From: a virus
IMG/VR virus record: IMGVR_UViG_3300042889_001061
Coordinates: 1-64,000 of that record
Strand: one strand, 5' to 3'
DNA: 64,000 nucleotides
Below, piece by piece: positions 49,890 to 58,376 of the stretch. The notes below the pieces were generated by a model. It saw only the letters and a program-made list of their open reading frames with translations, had not been told where the DNA came from and ran no database searches. The position numbers and the translations under genes were made by a program. Within the stretch, counting starts at the first letter, position 1; each line of letters begins with the position of its first letter.

Positions 49890-50986
49890 GTAAAGAACAA
49901 TATAACTTAACAACAAAAACAGACTACCTAAGTCGCAAGATGTTTCTGGATCCAGCTGGTCCAGTTACTATTCAACGATTCGAAGAAGTCAAATATAAAA
50001 AAATTGCAGATTATGATGCAACTGCACGTGGCTTCTTTTGGCAACCAGAAGAAGTAAGTCTTACAAAAGACAGCAATGATTTTAAAGAAGCCAGTGATGC
50101 AGTCAAACATATCTTTACCAGCAACCTGCTACGTCAAACCGCACTAGATAGTCTACAAGGTCGTGGTCCAACACAGGTATTCACTCCGGTATGTTCATTA
50201 CCAGAAGTAGAAGCACTGATGTATAACTGGGGATTCTTTGAAACCAACATTCACAGTAAGAGTTATAGCCATATTATCCGCAACATCTATAACGTACCCA
50301 AAGATGTATTCAATACTATTCACGACACTAAAGAAATTGTAGACATGGCAAGTAGTGTTGGCAAATATTATGATGCGCTACATTTAATAAACTGCCGCAA
50401 GGAAGTGGGAGAAGTAATTGACGAGCATGAACACATCAAGGCTATCTGGATGGCACTGAATGCTAGCTATGCATTAGAAGCATTTCGCTTTATGGTTAGC
50501 TTTGCTACAAGTTTAGCCATGGTAGAGAACAAAATCTTTATTGGTAACGGTAACATTATCAGTTTGATTCTACAAGACGAATTGTTGCACAAAGGCTGGA
50601 CTGCTTATTTGATCAATCAAGTTGTCAAGGAAGATTCACGCTTTGTCAAAGCCAAACAAGAATGCGAGTCAGAAGTTTATGCTTTGTATGTAGATGTTAT
50701 TCGTGAAGAAAAAGCCTGGGCAGATTACTTGTTCAAGAAAGGTCCGGTTATTGGATTGAACGCTGCCATCTTAAAAGAGTTTGTTGATTACACAGCAGTA
50801 TCTGCATTAAAGGATATCGGTATTAAATATCAAAGTCCGGCCCCTAAATCAACTCCTATTCCTTGGTTTAACAAGCACAGTGACACTAGTAAAAAACAAA
50901 CTGCATTGCAGGAAAATGAAAGCACCAATTATGTTATTGGTATAATGAGCGACAGCATCGATTATGATGTATTACCAACTTTATAA
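49886..50986 (+). CDS. nrdB: Ribonucleotide reductase class Ia beta subunit
   Basis: FFWQPEE, LDSLQGR, ETNIHSKSY, EAFRF, DELLH. Confidence 0.95.
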   Translation: MSKEQYNLTTKTDYLSRKMFLDPAGPVTIQRFEEVKYKKIADYDATARGFFWQPEEVSLTKDSNDFKEASDAVKHIFTSNLLRQTALDSLQGRGPTQVFTPVCSLPEVEALMYNWGFFETNIHSKSYSHIIRNIYNVPKDVFNTIHDTKEIVDMASSVGKYYDALHLINCRKEVGEVIDEHEHIKAIWMALNASYALEAFRFMVSFATSLAMVENKIFIGNGNIISLILQDELLHKGWTAYLINQVVKEDSRFVKAKQECESEVYALYVDVIREEKAWADYLFKKGPVIGLNAAILKEFVDYTAVSALKDIGIKYQSPAPKSTPIPWFNKHSDTSKKQTALQENESTNYVIGIMSDSIDYDVLPTL

Positions 50987-50997
50987 AGAAAGACATT

Positions 50998-51426
50998 ATG
51001 AAAATCAACGAAGTAGTAGCACAAATTAATGATGCGTGGTTTGAACAAGGTAGTTTCAAAACATTTAAAAAGCCAGCCAAAGAACGCTATGAGATTGCCC
51101 GACAAGCTGGCACAGTTCAAACATTAGAAGGTCCTGTTAATTATGAAGCAGGACATTACATTATGACTGGTCCTAAAGGCGAGCAATATCCAATTACTGC
51201 CGAGAAGTTCAACGCACTGAAAGATGATCAAGGTAACGGCATTGCTACTCCCAAGAAGATTCCCAAGATTGCTAAACTTGCTGATCATAATGGAGTTATT
51301 CACACATCATGGGGCGACTTGAATTACACAACAGGCAACGACTATATTGTTAGACACGCCGCCAACGATTACGGTGCAGTAAAGAAAGATATCTTTGCAC
51401 AAACATATGATACAACAGGAATCTAA
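50998..51426 (+). CDS. PGDYG-like protein with internal duplication
   Basis: TLEG.V.Y.AG.YI..G..GEQY repeated as TSWG.L.Y..G.DYIV; MKINEV leader. Confidence 0.6.
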   Translation: MKINEVVAQINDAWFEQGSFKTFKKPAKERYEIARQAGTVQTLEGPVNYEAGHYIMTGPKGEQYPITAEKFNALKDDQGNGIATPKKIPKIAKLADHNGVIHTSWGDLNYTTGNDYIVRHAANDYGAVKKDIFAQTYDTTGI

Positions 51427-51585
51427 ATGCAAATTAGAGTAAAAGAGAATCCAGAAGAATTTGGTAGCTGTGGATGCGGCCGCAGTCCAGATGGCAAGTG
51501 CATCGGCTGGCACGGACTAACCGAAGAACAATATCAAACAGCGTTAGACGAATATGAAAAGAATTTATTTGAGGATGAAGAATGA
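51427..51585 (+). CDS. Small CDGSH-type iron-sulfur protein (not in ORF track)
   Basis: Manual translation, 52 aa: CGCGRSPDGKCIGWH. Confidence 0.65.
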   Translation: MQIRVKENPEEFGSCGCGRSPDGKCIGWHGLTEEQYQTALDEYEKNLFEDEE

Positions 51586-51821
51586 AAATAGAAATTTATA
51601 CAAAGGACTCATGTCCATACTGCACACAAGCCAAGAACTTGTTTAAAAGCAAAGGCTGGGAGTTCACAGAACACTATATCACAGCAGAAACAAGAGAAAC
51701 ATTGTTAGAAAATCTAACAACAAGATTGGGGTCAGCACCACGCACAGTGCCTCAAATCTTTATCGATGATCAGGCCATTGGAGGTTATACTGATCTAGTC
51801 TCGTGGTTAAAAACTCAATAA
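51582..51821 (+). CDS. Glutaredoxin
   Basis: CPYC, TVPQIFI, IGGY. Confidence 0.95.
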   Translation: MKIEIYTKDSCPYCTQAKNLFKSKGWEFTEHYITAETRETLLENLTTRLGSAPRTVPQIFIDDQAIGGYTDLVSWLKTQ

Positions 51822-51829
51822 ATACATAT

Positions 51830-52138
51830 ATGTTAAAAGAAAACAAAATTGGTCATACAGTCAGTATGAAACTAGCCAACGGCGACGAAGTCGTGGGCAA
51901 AATTACAGGTCAAACCGCAGAGGGTCTTACTATCAGTAAGCCTGTTATTTTAGCTGCCAGCAGAGATGGATTACAAATGATTCCTTTCATGATGACTGCT
52001 GAACCCAACAGCGACTTTGTATTCAAAGCACATACAATTATGTGCGTTGCAGACACTAACGATCAAGTAGCAGATGCTTATCTTGAAAGTACAACTGGAA
52101 TCAAACCAGTAAGAAATTCAAGTAGTATTATATTATAA
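51830..52138 (+). CDS. Sm/LSm-like fold late protein
   Basis: VSMKL.NGDEVVGK; Y...TTGI end. Confidence 0.5.
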   Translation: MLKENKIGHTVSMKLANGDEVVGKITGQTAEGLTISKPVILAASRDGLQMIPFMMTAEPNSDFVFKAHTIMCVADTNDQVADAYLESTTGIKPVRNSSSIIL

Positions 52139-52139
52139 T

Positions 52140-52415
52140 ATGCCACAAGTACATAGATTAACTGATGACAATACTGCTGGTGCCCCTATCATCACAGTAA
52201 TTCAAAACTCTGTGTACACAAACTATTTGTTGACTAGTGTAGATGGCAGTCCAGTTGCAGGACACGGGCCTGGAGTTCACGCCGGCCCGGTGACTGCTAA
52301 TGGCAGTCCTAATGTATTCATTGAATATATACCTGTAAATAGACTGGGCGATCCTGACACTTGCGGACATCCTAGAGCAATAGGTAGTCCGGATGTCTAT
52401 GCCAATGGCGGTTAA
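52140..52415 (+). CDS. PAAR-like baseplate spike tip (T4 gp5.4-like)
   Basis: GSPNVFI, RLGD..TCGH, GSPDVYA. Confidence 0.85.
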   Translation: MPQVHRLTDDNTAGAPIITVIQNSVYTNYLLTSVDGSPVAGHGPGVHAGPVTANGSPNVFIEYIPVNRLGDPDTCGHPRAIGSPDVYANGG

Positions 52416-52434
52416 ATGCTAGGTAAATACTAGT

Positions 52435-54597
52435 ATGGCAACATTACCACCAATTAATGCAGGCGCATTAAAACTAACCTTTCCTACTAACCTTCCTAAG
52501 AACGAAAAAGATCTTATCTGTATGCTACTTGCTGGCAGATTAAAAGATCTACTTAATGGACGCTTGGTATGTGCTCAACTTGCCATAGATGATTTAATCA
52601 AAGATGCAACTGGAATCAGTGCATTAAGCTCACTGCGTGATTCTCTTGTCGGAATGAAATCTGCAATTGACAGAATGAAATCTGCAACAGGCTACGACAA
52701 GATATTACAAGGTGTGAATCAAGCACTGGGTCAAGTCAATAACGTATTCAGCTTAGGAGGGCTGTGCCCCAGCCCAATTCGTGCTCCTATGATACCAGAC
52801 TTGTTGGGGCAGTTGAATGCAAATCTATTTGGCCAAGGACTTAATATTTTAAATGCATTGGGCAAGGTCAGTAACCCTAGCATGTGCTTGGGCGGCGGCC
52901 CCGGCGGCTTTGGTATCAATTGGAACAGTATGCCAGGCGACTTAAGAAATCTTAAAAATGCAATCAAGCAAGCAGGTAATACACCATCTGCTACGATTAA
53001 TGCTTTTAATCAAAATTTAAAATCGCAGACATCTAGATTAAAATCAGAAGTAAAAAGACTAGAACAAAATTTAGCAGATCCATTAGGACTAAACAATAAA
53101 CTTAATACAGCAAGAAATTTGCAACGTGCTAAGAGTGTCAGCGATGGGTATCCGGTAAAAGACAGTCGCGGCATTCTTCATGACAACGTTTTAAAGTCAA
53201 TGGTATCTGCTGACATTGAATCAGTGATAGACAATGGAGATCGAACTCCAATTAAGTATGTGACTAAACCAATTCTTGACTATTGCGGAGTTGTAATAGG
53301 CTATGAAAAAGTAGCAGTCACTGGTGATCCGGCATATATAGGCTGGGACCCAAATGGAGATCTTAGTCTCAACACAGATCATCCAACCGTTAATCCCGTT
53401 GCAGGTTATGCCAGCTTTAAATATACGTTTAAGCAAGAAGGCAATACAGTCAAGGTCTATGATAGCATAGGCGCAGTAGTCACCGATTTGTCTTTGTCGA
53501 GAGGTGTTGCTTACAGACTTAATTTTGAATTAACTAACAAAGAAATTCAATTTTATTCTGATCCTGCTTATACAACGGTATGGACAGAAGGTTTAACCTA
53601 CAGTAGAAATCCGGAATACGGTACAGACATGGAAATTATAACTCCTGATGTTAATACAAAATTTGTCCGAGGAGAACTAGATTGGGCAGTATTAATAGAA
53701 AATCCAACAACACCCAATATCGTTTATTGGAAAACTAATAACAATAGCTCGGCTGGCAGTTTTGTTATCACAGGCGAAACTTCGATCCCATTGTCAGATA
53801 GAACGTATGACATATCGATGGCAGTTAAAAAAGCCTGCCTACATTTAGTAAACGTTCCAGCAAGCTCTGCGATTCCTGTAAACTACGAAAACTTTTTAGG
53901 ATCGCCTACTTCGTTTACTACGACAAGAACATATAACACAGTAACAACAATATACGATTCAAGTGGTAATATAACAAGTACAACATCTTTATCTTCGATA
54001 CCAATGACAGTAAAAGAAGATACAGAAACCAGTGACGAACTAGGAAACACTGATCCAAATAATAAAGTAATTAAATCAGTGGCAAGATTTAATGCTGCCT
54101 CGTATTTAATAACCAAACGTTATATAAGCACAGAAAACGGATTGGAATATACTCAGATTTATTTTTATCTATCTCCTAGTCAAAACGAAGCCAATGCTAC
54201 ATATTGTATATTATTGAAGTTTGATGATCCAATTACAATTTTAAATTCTTCTAAGTTACCTTATACTGATAATTATTCTTATAAGTTAACCAGATTAATA
54301 AAATCTGGCAGCGAGTTCATTCCAGTAACTACACCAATTTCAAATTCGGATGAAACCAAATTCGAACTAGTGCAATCAAATGGCAAAGAATTTATTAGAT
54401 GGAATCTTACTTCGTTTAATGAATCTGACAAAGCAACTGTTCCTAAAAATGAATTTATATTTCAAACTGATATAGAAATAGATCCCACAGATCTTTCAAG
54501 GAATTTTATTGTTTCTAATCCAAAAGAATACAGAACATATTTCTATTTTAAATTCGGTGACGGAACCGCCATCCAATCTACTATTACACTGATATAA
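52435..54597 (+). CDS. Large late (probably baseplate/virion) protein
   Basis: GTAAATA promoter; helical N-half, beta-rich C-half; follows PAAR gene. Confidence 0.55.
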   Translation: MATLPPINAGALKLTFPTNLPKNEKDLICMLLAGRLKDLLNGRLVCAQLAIDDLIKDATGISALSSLRDSLVGMKSAIDRMKSATGYDKILQGVNQALGQVNNVFSLGGLCPSPIRAPMIPDLLGQLNANLFGQGLNILNALGKVSNPSMCLGGGPGGFGINWNSMPGDLRNLKNAIKQAGNTPSATINAFNQNLKSQTSRLKSEVKRLEQNLADPLGLNNKLNTARNLQRAKSVSDGYPVKDSRGILHDNVLKSMVSADIESVIDNGDRTPIKYVTKPILDYCGVVIGYEKVAVTGDPAYIGWDPNGDLSLNTDHPTVNPVAGYASFKYTFKQEGNTVKVYDSIGAVVTDLSLSRGVAYRLNFELTNKEIQFYSDPAYTTVWTEGLTYSRNPEYGTDMEIITPDVNTKFVRGELDWAVLIENPTTPNIVYWKTNNNSSAGSFVITGETSIPLSDRTYDISMAVKKACLHLVNVPASSAIPVNYENFLGSPTSFTTTRTYNTVTTIYDSSGNITSTTSLSSIPMTVKEDTETSDELGNTDPNNKVIKSVARFNAASYLITKRYISTENGLEYTQIYFYLSPSQNEANATYCILLKFDDPITILNSSKLPYTDNYSYKLTRLIKSGSEFIPVTTPISNSDETKFELVQSNGKEFIRWNLTSFNESDKATVPKNEFIFQTDIEIDPTDLSRNFIVSNPKEYRTYFYFKFGDGTAIQSTITLI

Positions 54598-54618
54598 ATT
54601 AATTTGGTAAATTAGCAT

Positions 54619-54647
54619 TTGACATAAAGTCGAAATCAGTATATAAT
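54619..54647 (+). promoter_or_regulatory. sigma70-type early promoter
   Basis: TTGACA-17bp-TATAAT. Confidence 0.8.
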
Positions 54648-54668
54648 TATGCACTAGGAGTAATTCTA

Positions 54669-55142
54669 ATGCTTAAACAAATTGCCAAATTACTTACCAA
54701 AATTGGTAGACAACGTATTATTTTAGACCGAGAAAGCAATGAGCCTTATTTGGAACGTTACTATGTATTTCTCAAAGATAGAACATGGTTTCCATTTAAT
54801 ATCTTCCTGCATAAATTTTTAAAATCTGATCCGGATGATGTTCATGATCATCCATGGCCTTATGCCTCCCTGATACTTAAAGGCGGATATTGGGAATGGA
54901 TTCCTCATTTTAATAGTCAGGGACAAAAGATTGGTGAATACCAAGTTTGGCGTGCTGCCGGAAGTTTTAGAATAAACAGTGCAAATAGTTATCACAGAAT
55001 TGAGTTAGATCCCACAGTGGAATGTTGGACAATGTTTATGCCCGGCCCCCAAAAACGTGAATGGGGATTTTTAGTTAACAACAAATGGATACACAATGAC
55101 GAATACATTAAACAACGTACTGCTACAGCCTCCAAGCAGTGA
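54669..55142 (+). CDS. Cupin-fold protein
   Basis: HDHPW...SLIL.GGY.E, HRIEL, WGF. Confidence 0.7.
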   Translation: MLKQIAKLLTKIGRQRIILDRESNEPYLERYYVFLKDRTWFPFNIFLHKFLKSDPDDVHDHPWPYASLILKGGYWEWIPHFNSQGQKIGEYQVWRAAGSFRINSANSYHRIELDPTVECWTMFMPGPQKREWGFLVNNKWIHNDEYIKQRTATASKQ

Positions 55143-55437
55143 ATGGACAGAAGAACAAGTAACTACATTTCGTAGTTGGTTAGTGGGAATGTTACAGATA
55201 GGTCCAGTAACTGTGACATTTAATAAAAAAGATGGTGCAGAACGTGTAATGACTTGTAGCCTGCAACCAGAATTATTGCCACCTGCACCCGTACACGAAT
55301 CTAATACCAATAATCCCATTGACTTTCCAAAAGTTAAAAAAGAAAATCTAAACATTATTTCAGTATATGATTTAGAAGCAACTGCTTGGCGGAGTTTTAC
55401 AGTTAAGAACGTTACCAATGTAACATTAAAATTATGA
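55096..55437 (+). CDS. WYL_2/SH3-like beta-barrel protein
   Basis: VTF.KKDG.ER.M.C.L...VYDLE...WRSF. Confidence 0.7.
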   Translation: MTNTLNNVLLQPPSSEWTEEQVTTFRSWLVGMLQIGPVTVTFNKKDGAERVMTCSLQPELLPPAPVHESNTNNPIDFPKVKKENLNIISVYDLEATAWRSFTVKNVTNVTLKL

Positions 55438-55886
55438 AAAGATATTATTTTGCCTATGGCATGAACACTAACGTCGCTGAAATGGCAAATCGTTGTCCCA
55501 AGGCTGTTAATCTCGGTCGTTGTACATTAACTGGCTTTGAATTAAAGTTTCGACTTCACGCTGACATTGACGAAGTTGTGGGCAGTGAAATGGAAGGTGT
55601 TCTTTGGGACATCACTGAAGAATGCGAACAAGCATTGGATCGTTTGGAAGGATATCCCTTTTACTATGATAAAATTGAAGTAATAGTTATCCCAGACACG
55701 CCAGTTAATAACAATACACATATCCGTGCCATGGCTTATATTATGAACACCAAAGGTGCAGAAGAAGCTCCTAGTACTGGCTACGAAGATTGTTTGATTG
55801 AAGGCTACACAGCAAATGGATTGGATGTCAACAAGTTGACAAAAAAGGTCGATTCACTTATAATTAATCAAACAGGCTATGTATAA
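55434..55886 (+). CDS. Gamma-glutamylcyclotransferase (AIG2-like) family protein
   Basis: YFAYGMN, GVLW, LDRLEG..Y. Confidence 0.85.
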   Translation: MKRYYFAYGMNTNVAEMANRCPKAVNLGRCTLTGFELKFRLHADIDEVVGSEMEGVLWDITEECEQALDRLEGYPFYYDKIEVIVIPDTPVNNNTHIRAMAYIMNTKGAEEAPSTGYEDCLIEGYTANGLDVNKLTKKVDSLIINQTGYV

Positions 55887-56181
55887 ACAGGACAGCGTTC
55901 GTCAAGTGTTAATGGATTTTAAGATAACTATTACTGGCAATAAAGTAAAGCGTCAGTACAATGCAAATCCATTTACACATATTAACACAAGTTGGGATGA
56001 CCCCATTTTTTATAAACCAGAAGAAGAACATGTTACAATGATCACAGCAGAGATTCCAGAACGAGAATTTACAGCAATGGCAGATGTATTGTGCGAGTTC
56101 AGAGACTTGATGAGAGATCCAGAAACAGCAAGATTGTTAATGGAAGCAAGATTTATAAATAGATTAAAAGGTAATAGATAA
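55879..56181 (+). CDS. Hypothetical protein
   Basis: Coupled ORF. Confidence 0.5.
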   Translation: MYKQDSVRQVLMDFKITITGNKVKRQYNANPFTHINTSWDDPIFYKPEEEHVTMITAEIPEREFTAMADVLCEFRDLMRDPETARLLMEARFINRLKGNR

Positions 56182-56182
56182 T

Positions 56183-57025
56183 ATGGCACAACATACACGC
56201 TACTGGAGTTGTACACCTTTTGCAGACTGGCTCCGAGGTACTAAAAAACTCAGTGCTGGCACAGCAGAGGAATGGGATGACTGGACAACAGCCGCACAGA
56301 TGAAGCACAATTTTCGCTATTGGTTAGCGGAAGAAGCACTTGGACATATCCAAGATTTTGTAACATGGCCTATAAGGACTTTATATGATATTAAATACTA
56401 CATTAACAACCGTTTTGTTACCCGCACTCATAGCCTTACCGCTCATCCCCGGGATATTAAGCCTGGCCAGTGGCAAGACGTGGGGAACCGCTTTTTGCCT
56501 TGCTTATTCAATGAGCTTGTTGATTTTGTTGAAATAGAATCAGCATGGAGTCATATTGCCTGGGGCAGTAAAGAAGATCGTGAGAAATACAATACTCCTT
56601 TCTATGCCAGTGGCTGGTGGCGTTGGAGAACTTGGCGTTGCCCACAAGCAGGCATAGATCATCTTGACTGGGCAATGACTTTGACAAACGGTGAATGGTG
56701 CAAGCCGGAAGATACAGACTATGGCAAGCCCACTGGTCAAGCAGAACGTGCAAAAGAGATCAAAGAACTTTATACATGGTGGACTACAGTATATCCTAAT
56801 CGTCTTGATCCACATGATGCCAGTGGGTGGAGTGATTATTGCGAAGCAAGTCGTATTGCCAACGGCGGCAAGCTAAGTTGGTCGGGCAAGGATAAAACTC
56901 CCGAGCTTAAAGAAATGAGCGATAAATCGCACAAGCTTCTGCAGGAAATAGAGTCAGCCTATGAAGCAGAAGATGAAGCTATGATGATCCGTTTAATTAA
57001 AGCAAGAGATAGTCTATGGACATAA
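56183..57025 (+). CDS. Trp-rich conserved phage protein
   Basis: QAERAKEIKELY.WW, RLIK.R..LWT end. Confidence 0.65.
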   Translation: MAQHTRYWSCTPFADWLRGTKKLSAGTAEEWDDWTTAAQMKHNFRYWLAEEALGHIQDFVTWPIRTLYDIKYYINNRFVTRTHSLTAHPRDIKPGQWQDVGNRFLPCLFNELVDFVEIESAWSHIAWGSKEDREKYNTPFYASGWWRWRTWRCPQAGIDHLDWAMTLTNGEWCKPEDTDYGKPTGQAERAKEIKELYTWWTTVYPNRLDPHDASGWSDYCEASRIANGGKLSWSGKDKTPELKEMSDKSHKLLQEIESAYEAEDEAMMIRLIKARDSLWT

Positions 57026-57189
57026 ACCCAAATTATTGTAAGTGCGGTAATAAAAGGAAATATTCCGATCAATACGATGCCTATTACTGTGATTCCTGCA
57101 ATAAATGGTTAGAAGCAAAATGTAACCACCCAGAATGCGAATATTGTCCTAATCGTCCAGAGAATCCTGTCAACGAAACTATAACCTAA
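57016..57189 (+). CDS. Small Cys-rich protein (not in ORF track)
   Basis: Manual translation: CKCG..YDAYYCDSCNKWLE.KC..PECEYC..RP. Confidence 0.6.
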   Translation: MDINPNYCKCGNKRKYSDQYDAYYCDSCNKWLEAKCNHPECEYCPNRPENPVNETIT

Positions 57190-57218
57190 AACGTTAAATA
57201 TATAAGAAGGAGATAATT

Positions 57219-57521
57219 ATGAAAAAATTATTCATCACTCTGGCATTAGCCTGTGTAACATTGCCTGCATTGGCACAACATCATGGATACCGTCATCACA
57301 ATCACCACTATCGAGGTCCGGGATACGGCAGCTGGGTAGCACCGCTAATTATTGGCGGTGCTATTAGTTATACATTAACTAGACCTGAGCCTATAATTAT
57401 ACAGCAACCAGTATATATCGAACAGCAACCAATACCATTAAATCAAAATTGTGGTCCGTGGAAAGAAGTCTGGACTTCTGATGGCAAAATTTATAGAGAA
57501 AGAACTTGTACTAGTCAATAA
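57219..57521 (+). CDS. Secreted His/Pro-rich small protein
   Basis: Signal peptide ending ALA; HHGYRHHNHH; WVAPLIIGG. Confidence 0.65.
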   Translation: MKKLFITLALACVTLPALAQHHGYRHHNHHYRGPGYGSWVAPLIIGGAISYTLTRPEPIIIQQPVYIEQQPIPLNQNCGPWKEVWTSDGKIYRERTCTSQ

Positions 57522-57603
57522 CTAATACTGACGCCGACCTAAACTATTCGTATTAAACATTTATACGGTACTACTTTTAAGTACTAGTGTAAATGTTTTT
57601 AGT

Positions 57604-57690
57604 GGATAGTTGGTCGAGAGGCTTATGACACCAATCTCCGAAGTTGGCAAAGACGCGAGTCTTTCAGGGGTTCAAATCCCCTACTATCCT
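57604..57690 (+). tRNA. Class II (long variable arm) tRNA with Ser-like body and CCG (Arg) anticodon; CCA not encoded
   Basis: GGATAGT/ACTATCC acceptor; GTC/GAC D-stem; CCAAT-CTCCGAA-GTTGG anticodon arm; AAAGAC-GCGA-GTCTTT variable arm; AGGGG-TTCAAAT-CCCCT T arm. Confidence 0.9.
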
Positions 57691-57703
57691 CTAAGAACAT
57701 TTT

Positions 57704-57949
57704 ATGAAAACAATTATTTTATTAACAACAATCTTACTATCGGGGTGTAGTTCACTGAACACAGTATTGTATAACAGTGCCAATGCTTGTTTAGAAGCAC
57801 AGAAATCAATTAGTAAAGATTCTGCGATGACAGAAATTGCAAGATTAAATGCAATACAAGAAATAGCAAAAACTGCCAACGATGAAACTAAAAGGACATT
57901 GTCGTCTTTAATAAATAATAAACGACAAACTGATATTATATGTAAATAA
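57704..57949 (+). CDS. Small lipoprotein
   Basis: MKTIILLTTILLSGC lipobox. Confidence 0.65.
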   Translation: MKTIILLTTILLSGCSSLNTVLYNSANACLEAQKSISKDSAMTEIARLNAIQEIAKTANDETKRTLSSLINNKRQTDIICK

Positions 57950-58370
57950 AAGTTAAGACTGTATGAAGTAGACAGAAAAGGATTCAAGACGCGGGGGCAG
58001 TGCCCGCCAGGTCCACCAAAAGTATTGTGAACAGAAACAAGTAATGAACCCGAGCTGTGTACAGGCAGAGGTGTAGTGAACGAAAGTAAGTGGCACAGGC
58101 TAGTACAACGGAAGAGGTGTTAAACCCGTAGATTAAGTTCCTACGCTCTCGCTCAACCGATGCCAGTAGATCGTACCTACTATACTTTTGATGGGCCTGA
58201 CACAGGATCGATTGGGTCACAAGTATTGAAATGGACAGTCCGGCAATGTAGAAGCCGTTAGGATTGGGGATTTCCCGGTCGAAGAAGCAAAACAAAGTAA
58301 CCGCAAACGACTCACAGTTCGCATTAGCTGCCTAAACTCAGCTTAGGGTAAGACATACCTCGTAACAGAA
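57950..58370 (+). ncRNA. ssrA: Circularly permuted (two-piece) tmRNA gene
   Basis: T arm and CAGGTCC-A-CCA (57991-58018) lie upstream of 5' strand GGGCCTG (58193) with G3.U70 pair; tag ANDSQFALAA* at 58303-58335; outer ends approximate. Confidence 0.92.
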
Positions 58371-58376
58371 AATCAG

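Noticed and set aside
18495-50986. Introns or inteins in terL, uvsX, helicase, nrdA, nrdB
   Set aside because: All are uninterrupted and of ordinary length.
58098-58112. Similarity to the 10-23 DNAzyme core (GGCTAGTACAACGGA)
   Set aside because: That is an artificial catalyst and the match is imperfect; treated as coincidence.
58052-58161. Group II intron domain V/VI or twister-sister ribozyme inside the tmRNA intervening segment
   Set aside because: GAGCTGTGT...GCACAG and an AACCGAT end are suggestive, but the helix geometry is wrong, the segment is far too short, and there is no GUGYG 5' end or P1 partner.
57984-58295. 103-aa minus-strand ORF
   Set aside because: Antisense shadow of the tmRNA gene with no recognisable protein features.
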